Shown: positions 1 through 8,581 of the stretch, in pieces
Position numbering within the stretch: position 1 is the first letter of the stretch
Layout: every line of letters starts with the position of its first letter
Virus record (IMG/VR): IMGVR_UViG_3300043398_000200
Location: 1 to 56,178 of that record
Length of the DNA stretch: 56,178 bases
Direction: 5' to 3' (one strand)
From: a virus
Taxonomy: Duplodnaviria; Caudoviricetes
Notes under the pieces: generated by a model
The model's input: the letters and a program-made list of their open reading frames with translations, nothing else
Database searches by the model: none
Told to the model about the DNA's origin: nothing
Program-made: the position numbers and the translations under genes

Positions 1-115
1 TGCAGTTCGTCTATGTTCACCCCGATGCCACGCCGGCAACGCGGGCGCACTGGAACACCACACGGTGGAACGCAGCATGGTTCGCTGCCGACATTATCAA
101 CCGCAGGAGCAAAAC

Positions 116-343
116 ATGATAGCGCCCGAACGCATCCGCGCCGCCATCCAGAACTGCCACCACCACAGCCTGCTCGGTGTAGCCACCCTCATCGAAGAAC
201 TGGCGCGCGAGGCCAGCAACTACAATGAGTACACCATCCTGGGTGAGTGGTGCATGCGGCACGCAGAGATCATCGGCAAGGGCATGGCGGCGGTGAACGC
301 CGACGCAGCCATGCAGGACATGCTTGGGCTGATGAAGAAATGA
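116..343 (+). CDS. Hypothetical protein
   Basis: AGGAG RBS before ATG at 116; ATGA overlap with next gene. Confidence 0.6.
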   Translation: MIAPERIRAAIQNCHHHSLLGVATLIEELAREASNYNEYTILGEWCMRHAEIIGKGMAAVNADAAMQDMLGLMKK

Positions 344-546
344 ACACCCACGGCGTGCCTAAAGAGCAACGTCCGCTGGCTGCGGTAGCACTTGCAGCTG
401 GCTGGAGTATCACCAAAACCAAACGCAACCATTTCCGCTGGCAGGCGCCAACGGGAGAAGTCACGTTCTCATCCTGCACGACAGGCGACCAACGATCTGC
501 ACTGAACCTACGCAGTGTTCTACGACGAAAGGGGCTACCAGTATGA
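340..546 (+). CDS. HicA-like small protein (68 aa)
   Basis: GWSITKTKRNHFRWQAPTG...TTGDQRSALNLRSVLRRKG fits the phage HicA-like pattern; ATGA coupling on both sides. Confidence 0.6.
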   Translation: MNTHGVPKEQRPLAAVALAAGWSITKTKRNHFRWQAPTGEVTFSSCTTGDQRSALNLRSVLRRKGLPV

Positions 547-1331
547 ATGACACAGATGCAGCGGCACGCGAGGAATGGTTCCATGCTCATGGAGTACGTA
601 TAGCACGCGAGATGCCGGCGAGGGAAATCCGAGAGTTTCTCATGTCCCGGCACACAGCCAATGTATGTGTGCTGAATGAAATACAGGACCGCTTCAATCT
701 GCAGATCTGTCCTAGCTGTGCCCGCCATGCCGACTCAACTGTTGAGTTCTCGTTTCGTGCTGCAGACCTGGACTCCAACCCACTGGGGCCTGAAGGCATC
801 ATGTGGCATAACCAGTGCTACCACTGCGGCTTCGAGGAATATTACGTGCCGAAGCCGGGGACGCAAGTTCCGCCCATGTCGGTCACGGCGCTCATGATGC
901 GGAGCGATCTGACCGACGACGAGAAGCAGCGGATCGTCAATGCGCGATGGCTGGGCGGCGACTTGACTACTTTCGTTGCCGAGATCGAGAAAGAGCGCGA
1001 ATATCGAGGCATACTGCAGGGGAGGGTGGCAGCAATGGCTGCAGGGCGAGTACAAATGGGGACCCCCGCCCCCCCGCCGGCCCACGTGGCGCAGCAGAGC
1101 TATGCACAGGCAACGGCGACACAGATACGGATGGACGCCCTCGCGCAAGCGCGCAATGCACTTGCGAATACTATCAGTAGCCTCACTCCGCCGCCGGGAG
1201 CCGGTATGGCGCGGGCTGTATCAAACCCGTACATAGGTAATTCAATCGAGCAGCGACTCATACAAAAATACGCGGACAGCAAGACCGCACCGAGTTCGTT
1301 GCTGGAGAAGTTCAGGAAGTACCTGAAGTGA
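543..1331 (+). CDS. Hypothetical protein with zinc-ribbon-like CxxC pairs
   Basis: CPSC and CYHC motifs; coupled to flanking genes. Confidence 0.6.
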   Translation: MNDTDAAAREEWFHAHGVRIAREMPAREIREFLMSRHTANVCVLNEIQDRFNLQICPSCARHADSTVEFSFRAADLDSNPLGPEGIMWHNQCYHCGFEEYYVPKPGTQVPPMSVTALMMRSDLTDDEKQRIVNARWLGGDLTTFVAEIEKEREYRGILQGRVAAMAAGRVQMGTPAPPPAHVAQQSYAQATATQIRMDALAQARNALANTISSLTPPPGAGMARAVSNPYIGNSIEQRLIQKYADSKTAPSSLLEKFRKYLK

Positions 1332-3178
1332 GTCTGTTCACGATTGACTTCGAGACGTACTACGACAAAGAGTACAGCCTCAAGGAAATGTCCACCGAGG
1401 ATTACATTGCTGATCCACGGTTCGAAGTTATCCTTGTCGGCATCAAGAAAGACAACGCCGCGCCCTACTACATCCACGGCAAGCGGCAGCTGATCGAGCA
1501 GCACCTGAAAGATCTGCGGATCGAAGATCATGCAGTACTGGCTCACAACATGTCGTTCGACGGGATGATCCTGTCGGAAATTTTCGGCATCGTGCCGAAG
1601 ATGTACATGGACACCCGGCTGATGGCACAGGCCAGGATCAAGCCGTATTCCCGTTCGGTTTCTCTGGATGCGTGCCTTAAGCACTTCGAAGGCATGAACC
1701 TGGGTGTCAAGGGTGATGAAGTCAAGAACATGCTGGGGCGCACTGCTGCGTCGCTATCACGAACCGAGATGCAGGGGTATGCCGCCTACTGTATGAACGA
1801 TTGTGAGACGACGTACCAGCTGTTCCGACAGATGGCGGCAGGGTACCCGCGCAGCGAGCTTGAGATCATCGACATGACGCTGCGGATGTATCTCGCGCCG
1901 CGGCTGCGGCTGGACGAGACATTGCTGGCCGAGATTCTCCACGAAGCAAGGGCAAAGAAAGAGCAGCTGCTTGCTCAGCTGCCCGCCAACGTCACCAAGG
2001 CTGACCTCATGTCCAACCCCAAGTTTGCAGCGTTGCTGCAGGCACGGGGGGTTGAGGTTCCGCAGAAGACCAGCCCAACCACTGGACAGATCACATGGGC
2101 ACTGGCCAAGACAGACACTGGATGGAAGCAGCTGGAAGAAGACTACGGGGATGATCCCGAGGTTGCGCCGCTATTGCTGGCGCGCATCTCAGCCAAGTCC
2201 ACCATCGAGGAAACGCGGCTGGAGCGGCTGCTGGAGATCGCGCTCCATAAGAGATACTTCCGCATCCCCCTGCTGTACTACGCTGCCCACACTGGGCGCT
2301 ATGGCGGCACGGATGGCATCAACGTCCAGAACTTCCCCCGCGTGGACAAGTCACGCATGCGCTACGCCGTGGTTGCCCCGAAAGACCACAAGATGGTCGC
2401 TGCCGACCTGGCGCAGATCGAGGCGCGCATCACGGCATGGCTGGCCGGCGAGACCAAGCTGGTGCTGGGCTTCAGGAATGCTGAAGACGTGTACTCAAAC
2501 TTTGCCGCCACTGCATTCAGAGTCTCTACCCAAAAAGGCCGTTCGAAGGAAGACGACCGCCGGCGCTTCATCGGCAAGACCTGCATCCTGGGGCTTGGCT
2601 TCGGCATGTCGGATGTCCGGCTGCGCGCCACGTTGAGAGCAGCTGGCGTGAAGATGGAACTCAACGAGTGCATGAATCTGGTGAACGTATACCGGACCAT
2701 GTACTCGGCCATCCCGAGGCTCTGGCGCAAGCTCGACGAGATGATCCCGTTGCTGGCAGGTGCTGGAACGGCGACGCTTGGGCCGGTGGTGTTCTCACCT
2801 GGCAAGGTCTCGCTGCCCAATGGTATGGAACTCGTGTATCCAAATCTCCGGTACGTGCAGTCAGAAGACTACGCCGGCTGGATGTACGACTTCGCTGGCG
2901 AGGCGCGGACTCTTTGGGGCGGCAAGTTGTGCGAGAATATCGTGCAGGCTCTGGCCCGCATCATTGTTATGGAGCACATGCTGACAATTAAGCACACGCT
3001 TAAATTATCGCCTTCACTTCAGGTGCATGATGAACTTGATTATGTGGTGCCCGAGCAGTACGCTGACAAGGTAGCAAGGGCCATCGGCAAGATGATGGCG
3101 GTGTCCCCTGCTTGGGCGCTGGATCTGCCCGTGGCGGTCGAAGTCAATGTCGGTGACACCTTTGGAGATTGCAAGTAA
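1328..3178 (+). CDS. Phage DNA polymerase, family A, with 3'-5' exonuclease
   Basis: ExoI IDFETY, motif A ADLAQIEAR, motif B RFIGKTCILGLGFG, motif C QVHDEL. Confidence 0.95.
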   Translation: MSLFTIDFETYYDKEYSLKEMSTEDYIADPRFEVILVGIKKDNAAPYYIHGKRQLIEQHLKDLRIEDHAVLAHNMSFDGMILSEIFGIVPKMYMDTRLMAQARIKPYSRSVSLDACLKHFEGMNLGVKGDEVKNMLGRTAASLSRTEMQGYAAYCMNDCETTYQLFRQMAAGYPRSELEIIDMTLRMYLAPRLRLDETLLAEILHEARAKKEQLLAQLPANVTKADLMSNPKFAALLQARGVEVPQKTSPTTGQITWALAKTDTGWKQLEEDYGDDPEVAPLLLARISAKSTIEETRLERLLEIALHKRYFRIPLLYYAAHTGRYGGTDGINVQNFPRVDKSRMRYAVVAPKDHKMVAADLAQIEARITAWLAGETKLVLGFRNAEDVYSNFAATAFRVSTQKGRSKEDDRRRFIGKTCILGLGFGMSDVRLRATLRAAGVKMELNECMNLVNVYRTMYSAIPRLWRKLDEMIPLLAGAGTATLGPVVFSPGKVSLPNGMELVYPNLRYVQSEDYAGWMYDFAGEARTLWGGKLCENIVQALARIIVMEHMLTIKHTLKLSPSLQVHDELDYVVPEQYADKVARAIGKMMAVSPAWALDLPVAVEVNVGDTFGDCK

Positions 3179-3435
3179 TGGTTAAGCTTAAATTCAAGGG
3201 GTGCCTCACGCTGGGCATCACGCGCCGCGAGTTGCAGGAGTTCACGGCGGGGCGGCCGATCATCGTGGAGCTTGAAGACGTGGGCCTCAAGGGCCAACGC
3301 ATCCTGCTGATCCCCGGTGAGGATGACCAGCAGCTGTACCGGATCATGTCCGAGGCTGCAACCGTCATCGAGCAGAATGGCAACGTGATCGAGATCGCGC
3401 AGACGCTGGAACACCTGAAGCGGACAAAGAACTGA
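3178..3435 (+). CDS. Hypothetical protein
   Basis: TAATG and TGATG coupling to neighbours. Confidence 0.65.
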   Translation: MVKLKFKGCLTLGITRRELQEFTAGRPIIVELEDVGLKGQRILLIPGEDDQQLYRIMSEAATVIEQNGNVIEIAQTLEHLKRTKN

Positions 3436-4097
3436 TGGCTAAGCCGTTCGCATGGAGCTACTCCGCACTGACGATGTTCGAGCAGTGCCCGAAGAAGCAC
3501 TACCACCTGCAAGTCGTCAAGGACTTCAAGGACGCCGACTCGTCATGGTCCGCGGACGGCAAGGTTGTTCACGACGCCATGAAGAAGCGCGTCATCGACG
3601 GGGTTCCGTTCCCATTGCCGATGCGGCACTACGAAGCCGTGGCAGCCAAGTTCGCCGGAGCCAAGGGTGAGAAGCACGGCGAGATGAAGCTGGCACTAAC
3701 CTCACACTTCAAGCCGTGCGACTACTTCGCGCCGGACGTGTGGGTGCGTGTCATCATTGACCTTGCCATTGTCCAGGGGACGACTGCAATTGTTGCAGAC
3801 TGGAAAACCGGCAAGATCAAGGATGACCCAACACAGAACGGGCTGTGCGCGGCGGTGCTGGCACAGTGGATGCCTGAGCTGACCGACTTCACGACGCTGT
3901 TCGTGTGGCTGCAGTCGGGCAAGCTGACGAAGGCCACCTACACCCGCGAGTCCATCAAGACCGTGTGGGCAGAGTTGCTTCCACGCGTGCAGAAGATGGA
4001 GCTTGCACGCAAGTACACCGACTTCCCTGCGCAGCAGAGCGGGTTGTGCGGGTACTGCCCGGTCCACACCTGCCCGCACTACAAACCCCGTGGCTAG
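3435..4097 (+). CDS. PD-(D/E)XK Cas4/RecB-like exonuclease
   Basis: WSYSAL..FEQCP, G..VH, IDL..DWKTGK, C-terminal CGYCPVHTC (Fe-S-type Cys cluster). Confidence 0.88.
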   Translation: MAKPFAWSYSALTMFEQCPKKHYHLQVVKDFKDADSSWSADGKVVHDAMKKRVIDGVPFPLPMRHYEAVAAKFAGAKGEKHGEMKLALTSHFKPCDYFAPDVWVRVIIDLAIVQGTTAIVADWKTGKIKDDPTQNGLCAAVLAQWMPELTDFTTLFVWLQSGKLTKATYTRESIKTVWAELLPRVQKMELARKYTDFPAQQSGLCGYCPVHTCPHYKPRG

Positions 4098-4614
4098 TCT
4101 CCCTAAAGACTTGTTCGGGATCGATGGGCGGCATCCGCATCCGAACCTGTGCGTACTACTCTCTAATGCTGTGAGCAGAGCCATCGCTCAATGCCCAAAG
4201 CCCGAACGTGAGGCATGGGAGCATACACGGCATCAGATGAATGTAGTTGCTGATACCGACCCGTTCTCCCGCAAGGTGTATGTCCACATCCTACTCAAGC
4301 ACCGCGAGCTACTGGGGTTAAAGCTTCCGATGGACATGTTCGAAGGCTCTGATAGGGAGGCCACATTGCAGGAGCTAACCAAAGTGGTGCTGAAATATGC
4401 AGACCAGATCAGGACAGAACTGTTCTGCATCCGTGCGCAGCTGCCACCCGTGAAGCTGGTGAACTACATAACCAACGATGAAAGGCGGACAACGACCGTC
4501 GAGGTCATCTGCCGCAACGGCTTCACCGTGACGGATGAATTTGATTTCGGACCTGACAGCGACTTCTCGGATCTGCGTGCCAAGGTCATCATGGTGTACG
4601 ACCTGCTTCCATGA
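4090..4614 (+). CDS. Hypothetical protein
   Basis: GTG start overlapping the upstream stop; ATGA coupling to VRR-NUC. Confidence 0.6.
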   Translation: MASLPKDLFGIDGRHPHPNLCVLLSNAVSRAIAQCPKPEREAWEHTRHQMNVVADTDPFSRKVYVHILLKHRELLGLKLPMDMFEGSDREATLQELTKVVLKYADQIRTELFCIRAQLPPVKLVNYITNDERRTTTVEVICRNGFTVTDEFDFGPDSDFSDLRAKVIMVYDLLP

Positions 4615-4931
4615 GCACGACTCCAGAAGGCAAGGTCAAGGCGCAAGTGAAGAAGGTGCTGAACCATTACGGCTGCTACCACGAGTGGCCAGTGCCATAT
4701 GGCTACGGCAAGTCGGGGCTGGACTGCACGGGACTGCTCAATGGAGTGCCGTTCTACATCGAGACGAAGGCACCGGGGCAACATCTGACGGCACGACAGG
4801 AAGCAACCAGGGCTGATATCCAAGCTGCTGGCGGTACGGTATTCGTCATCGGTGAGCGAATGATCAAGGGACGGCCGACCGGATTGAAGGACCTCGTGGA
4901 GTTTCTGGAATGCATCCGCCAGCTGCCATAA
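4611..4931 (+). CDS. VRR-NUC domain nuclease (Holliday junction resolvase-like)
   Basis: TPEGKVK..GYGKSGLD...IETKAPG..LTARQ..AAGG signature. Confidence 0.88.
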   Translation: MSTTPEGKVKAQVKKVLNHYGCYHEWPVPYGYGKSGLDCTGLLNGVPFYIETKAPGQHLTARQEATRADIQAAGGTVFVIGERMIKGRPTGLKDLVEFLECIRQLP

Positions 4932-6472
4932 TCAGTCCAAAGCATCGCGCCTTCGCTCTGCCGTACGACGCCGGGCTGGCGAGCCTTGTGCCACAGGCCA
5001 AGGAGTTCATGCACCCCGAGCGCGGCCGGATGATTCTTTTGCCACACGAACAGGCAACAACGCGGTTGGCCCGCAATATGGGGTTCACCGTGCCGGCCCC
5101 GATCCTGGCGCAGTACGACTGGGTGGGCAGCACGCCGTTCCGTACACAACAGGTGACGGCAGCGATGCTGACCATGCAGCCGCGGGCGTTTGTACTCAAT
5201 GAAATGGGTACGGGCAAGACCCGAGCAACGCTGTTCGCGCTCGACTGGCTGATCCGCATTGGCGAAGTTCGTCGCGTGCTGGTGGTTGCTCCGCTGTCCA
5301 CATTGAGCATCGTGTGGGACCGGGAGATCTTCCAGTACTTCCCGCATCTCACCACAGCTGTCCTGCACGGCACGAGGGCAAAGCGGCACGACATGCTGGC
5401 CAGTGACAAGCACATCTACATCGTGAACCACGATGGTGTGGAACTGATCCTCAAAGAAGTTCTGGAGCGCGGCGATATCGACTGCGTGGTGATTGACGAG
5501 CTTGCGGTGTATCGCAATGCGCGTACGGCCCGCTGGAAGGCGCTCAACCCCATCGTCAGCAAGGCCAAGTTTGCGTGGGGCCTCACCGGCAGCCCGACTC
5601 CCGGCGAGCCGACTGATGCGTGGGGGCAGGTGAAGATGCTGCGGCCGACGCAGGTGCCGAAGTACTTCAAGGAATTCCAGCGGGACACCATGATCCAGGT
5701 GTCGCCATTCCGGTGGGTGCCCAAGAAGGAAGCCAACGAGAAGGTGTTCTCGGTGATGCAGCCTTGTGTGAGGTTCACCAGGGACGACTGCGTGGAGCTT
5801 CCCGACACGAGTTATCAGACCCGCGAGACGCCGCTGTCCACACAGCAGCAGAAGATCCACGACGAGATGATCAAGAAGCTGAGGCTGGAGTTTGCCCAGG
5901 GGCGCGTGACCGCTGCCAACGAGGGCGTGCTGGTCTCGAAGCTGCTGCAGATCTGTGCCGGCTGGGTCTACACACAGGACCGTCGCGTGATAGCGCTCGA
6001 TAACAAGCCACGGCTGCAGGCCCTGCAGGACTTCCTCGACGAAGCCGAGGGTAAGGTGATCGTGTTCGGAAGTTATATACATGTTGTTGAGAATCTTTTC
6101 GACATCATCAAGAAGTCCGGCAGGACCTGCTCGATGGTCCATGGCGGCACGCCGGGCGGGCAGCGTAATGCGATCTTCTCGGCTTTCAATCAGGACCCGG
6201 ACCCGCGTATTCTCGTGGCCCACCCCGGCTGTATGGCACACGGTCTGACCCTTACTTCGGCATCGGTCACGGTGTGGTTTACCCCGGCACCTAGCCTGGA
6301 GATATACGAACAGGCCAATGCTCGCATGACTCGTCCTGGGCAGGAAAAAAAGACCGTGATTGCTCACTTGACAGGATCAAAAACCGAGAGTAAGTTGTAT
6401 CAGAGGTTGAGGCAGCGCGCTTCGGTGCAGGGAGCACTGCTGGAGATGTTCGAAAACCAGGAGGTCGGGTGA
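4910..6472 (+). CDS. SNF2-family (SF2) helicase
   Basis: EMGTGKT, VIDE, LTGSP, HGLTLT, YEQANARMTRPGQ motifs. Confidence 0.93.
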   Translation: MHPPAAIISPKHRAFALPYDAGLASLVPQAKEFMHPERGRMILLPHEQATTRLARNMGFTVPAPILAQYDWVGSTPFRTQQVTAAMLTMQPRAFVLNEMGTGKTRATLFALDWLIRIGEVRRVLVVAPLSTLSIVWDREIFQYFPHLTTAVLHGTRAKRHDMLASDKHIYIVNHDGVELILKEVLERGDIDCVVIDELAVYRNARTARWKALNPIVSKAKFAWGLTGSPTPGEPTDAWGQVKMLRPTQVPKYFKEFQRDTMIQVSPFRWVPKKEANEKVFSVMQPCVRFTRDDCVELPDTSYQTRETPLSTQQQKIHDEMIKKLRLEFAQGRVTAANEGVLVSKLLQICAGWVYTQDRRVIALDNKPRLQALQDFLDEAEGKVIVFGSYIHVVENLFDIIKKSGRTCSMVHGGTPGGQRNAIFSAFNQDPDPRILVAHPGCMAHGLTLTSASVTVWFTPAPSLEIYEQANARMTRPGQEKKTVIAHLTGSKTESKLYQRLRQRASVQGALLEMFENQEVG

Positions 6473-6936
6473 TCAAGGCGTTGATAGAAGAACGCAAGGC
6501 TAAGCGCCGTGCTTCGGCACTGCGCTGGTACCATACACACAAGAAGCAGGCCAGAGCCAAGAGTGCTGAGTGGTTCGCGGCCAACAAGCCGCACGTTTAT
6601 GCGCAGATGGCTAAGCGGCGAGCCGCGCGACCATACATGTACCTCGTTTCGTGTGCGCGTACTCGATCTAAGAAGCGGGGCGTCAAGTGTGATCTAACGG
6701 TAGAATGGGCGGTCAGCCGTTGGACCGGCAGGTGTGAAGTCACAGGGCTACCGTTTAAGGTTGGATCTGCAGGCGCGGGTCCCTTCTCCCCTTCAATCGA
6801 CAAGATTGATCCGAAGGGTGGTTATACGGTGCGGAATTGTAGGTTTGTACTCCACGCACTCAACTGCATGAAGGGGATTGGCACGGACAAGGACATGCTG
6901 CGAGTTGCAAAGGCAGTCGTCGCGGCATACAAATAA
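6469..6936 (+). CDS. HNH-like (homing) endonuclease
   Basis: CEVTGLPF...SPSIDKIDPKGGYTVRNCRFV...NCMKG; more AT-rich codon usage than neighbours. Confidence 0.75.
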   Translation: MIKALIEERKAKRRASALRWYHTHKKQARAKSAEWFAANKPHVYAQMAKRRAARPYMYLVSCARTRSKKRGVKCDLTVEWAVSRWTGRCEVTGLPFKVGSAGAGPFSPSIDKIDPKGGYTVRNCRFVLHALNCMKGIGTDKDMLRVAKAVVAAYK

Positions 6937-6951
6937 TGGAGGTCGGTTAAG

Positions 6952-7344
6952 ATGGCAACCAACATGACTTCCGCCCAAAAGGTGGAAGCGTATATCAAGC
7001 TCCGCGACTACAAGAAGGCGGCCAAGGCCGAGTTCGAGAAGGGCATGGAGCGCACCAGTCAGGCGATGGACAAGCTGGAGATCGAGCTACTTGCAGACCT
7101 GCAGGCATCCGGTGCAAAGTCCATTGCCTGCGACGCCGGCACGGTCTACCGTTCGGAGCAGCTGTCGGCCACGGTCGAGGATCGCAGCGAGTTTCTCAGT
7201 TTCGTCAAGAAGCACGGGGTGTGGGATGCCTTGGATGTGAAGGCCAACAAGACCGCTGTGCGTGATTACATGGAAGAACACGGCATGCCGATCCCCGGCG
7301 TGAAGGTGTCCATCCACCACACAATCGGAGTTCAGAGGAAGTAA
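6952..7344 (+). CDS. Phage replication-module protein of unknown function
   Basis: GGAGG RBS; coiled-coil N-terminus, GTVY and PGV motifs typical of this gene slot. Confidence 0.7.
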   Translation: MATNMTSAQKVEAYIKLRDYKKAAKAEFEKGMERTSQAMDKLEIELLADLQASGAKSIACDAGTVYRSEQLSATVEDRSEFLSFVKKHGVWDALDVKANKTAVRDYMEEHGMPIPGVKVSIHHTIGVQRK

Positions 7345-7345
7345 C

Positions 7346-8512
7346 ATGAATCAAGTCGCAACAGTCGATCCGCGCCTGCCAGCATCCGTCCGCAAGCTGA
7401 TGGGTCTGGTGACGCCCGAGGCATCCAACGAACTGACTGGTGGTGTTACCAGCGGTTTCCCCATCATCAGCTACAAGGGCAAGATCTGGCGCATCCGCAA
7501 GGGCGGTGAGGAAACGATGCACCTGGATGCCAACCAGCAGCCTGTGCCGTTCATTGACGTGGTGCTGATCAAGGCCAACCCGCACCCGTCCAAGATCTTC
7601 TACGACAAGCAGTACAGCGAGGGCAGCAACGAGGCCCCGCGCTGCTACTCCAACGATGGCATCCGCCCCGATGCCAACGTGCAGAACCCGATTGCACAGG
7701 TCTGCGCCGGCTGCCCCAACAATGCGTGGGGTTCGCGTATCACCGACCAGGGCAAGAAGTCGCGGGCCTGCAGCGACGCGCGCCGCATGGCGGTGGTGTT
7801 CGCTGACGACCTGGCTCATGGCGCGAATGATTGCGCGAAATATCTGCTCCGCGTGCCGCCGGCGTCCCTGAACCCGCTGAAGGACTATGCCGAGAAGGTG
7901 CTCAACCCCAAGGGCATCCCGTTCTTCGCTGTCGTCACGCGCATCTCGTTCGACGTGATGGCAACGCACCCGCAGTTCGCGCTGCGCGCGGCGCGGTTCC
8001 TGACCGATGCGGAAGCCGACATCGTGGCCGAGTTGCGTGATCACGCTGACGTGACCCGCATCTTGGCCGAAGCACAGGACTTCCCGGCTGTGGATGGGAC
8101 TGCTGGCAACGTGGCCCAGCCCTCCGTCGCAACCACGGCAACACCCCCCGCGGCCGGGAAGCCCTCTCCTGCCAAGCCCGCCATGCGGGCAGCATCAGAC
8201 GAGGAAGCAGGGGCCGACCTGCTGGCCAACATCCAGCCGGCCCCGGCTCCTGCCGCCGCCCCTGCGGCAGCGCCAAAGCCGCGCAAGCCGCGCGCCGCGG
8301 CGTCTGTCCCGGCCCCGGCTCCCGTGCCGTTGCAGGCAGCTGTTGAGAGTGAGGAAGAAGATGACATGGGCGGCCTGCTGGCCTCGACCCCCAGCCCCGC
8401 CCCTGTCGCCGCGGCACCCGCGCCGCGCCGTGCTGCTCCTGTCCCCGCGCCGGCTCCCGCCGTCTCCGGTGGTGGGGACTTCGACGCGCTCCTGGACACC
8501 ATCCTGGGGTGA
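7346..8512 (+). CDS. Putative ssDNA-binding/annealing protein
   Basis: Cys motifs (PRCYS, CAGCP, RACS), long Pro/Ala linker and acidic C-terminal tail; position in replication module. Confidence 0.6.
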   Translation: MNQVATVDPRLPASVRKLMGLVTPEASNELTGGVTSGFPIISYKGKIWRIRKGGEETMHLDANQQPVPFIDVVLIKANPHPSKIFYDKQYSEGSNEAPRCYSNDGIRPDANVQNPIAQVCAGCPNNAWGSRITDQGKKSRACSDARRMAVVFADDLAHGANDCAKYLLRVPPASLNPLKDYAEKVLNPKGIPFFAVVTRISFDVMATHPQFALRAARFLTDAEADIVAELRDHADVTRILAEAQDFPAVDGTAGNVAQPSVATTATPPAAGKPSPAKPAMRAASDEEAGADLLANIQPAPAPAAAPAAAPKPRKPRAAASVPAPAPVPLQAAVESEEEDDMGGLLASTPSPAPVAAAPAPRRAAPVPAPAPAVSGGGDFDALLDTILG

Positions 8513-8530
8513 TCGAAAGCAGCATGGAAG

Positions 8531-8579
8531 CGCCGGGGGAAGGCTCATTACCTGACCCCCCGGCGACGCGGGGTCTTTA
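8531..8579 (+). promoter_or_regulatory. Overlapping alternative stem-loops just upstream of the primase start
   Basis: CGCCGGGGG(8531-39)/CCCCCGGCG(8557-65) versus GACCCC(8554-59)/GGGGTC(8570-75) followed by TTT. Confidence 0.4.
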
Positions 8580-8581
8580 TC

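Noticed and set aside
4754-6367. 537-aa minus-strand ORF (and similar shadows at 30250-31233, 42832-44007, 21916-23094)
   Set aside because: Antisense to well-supported genes with strong codon bias
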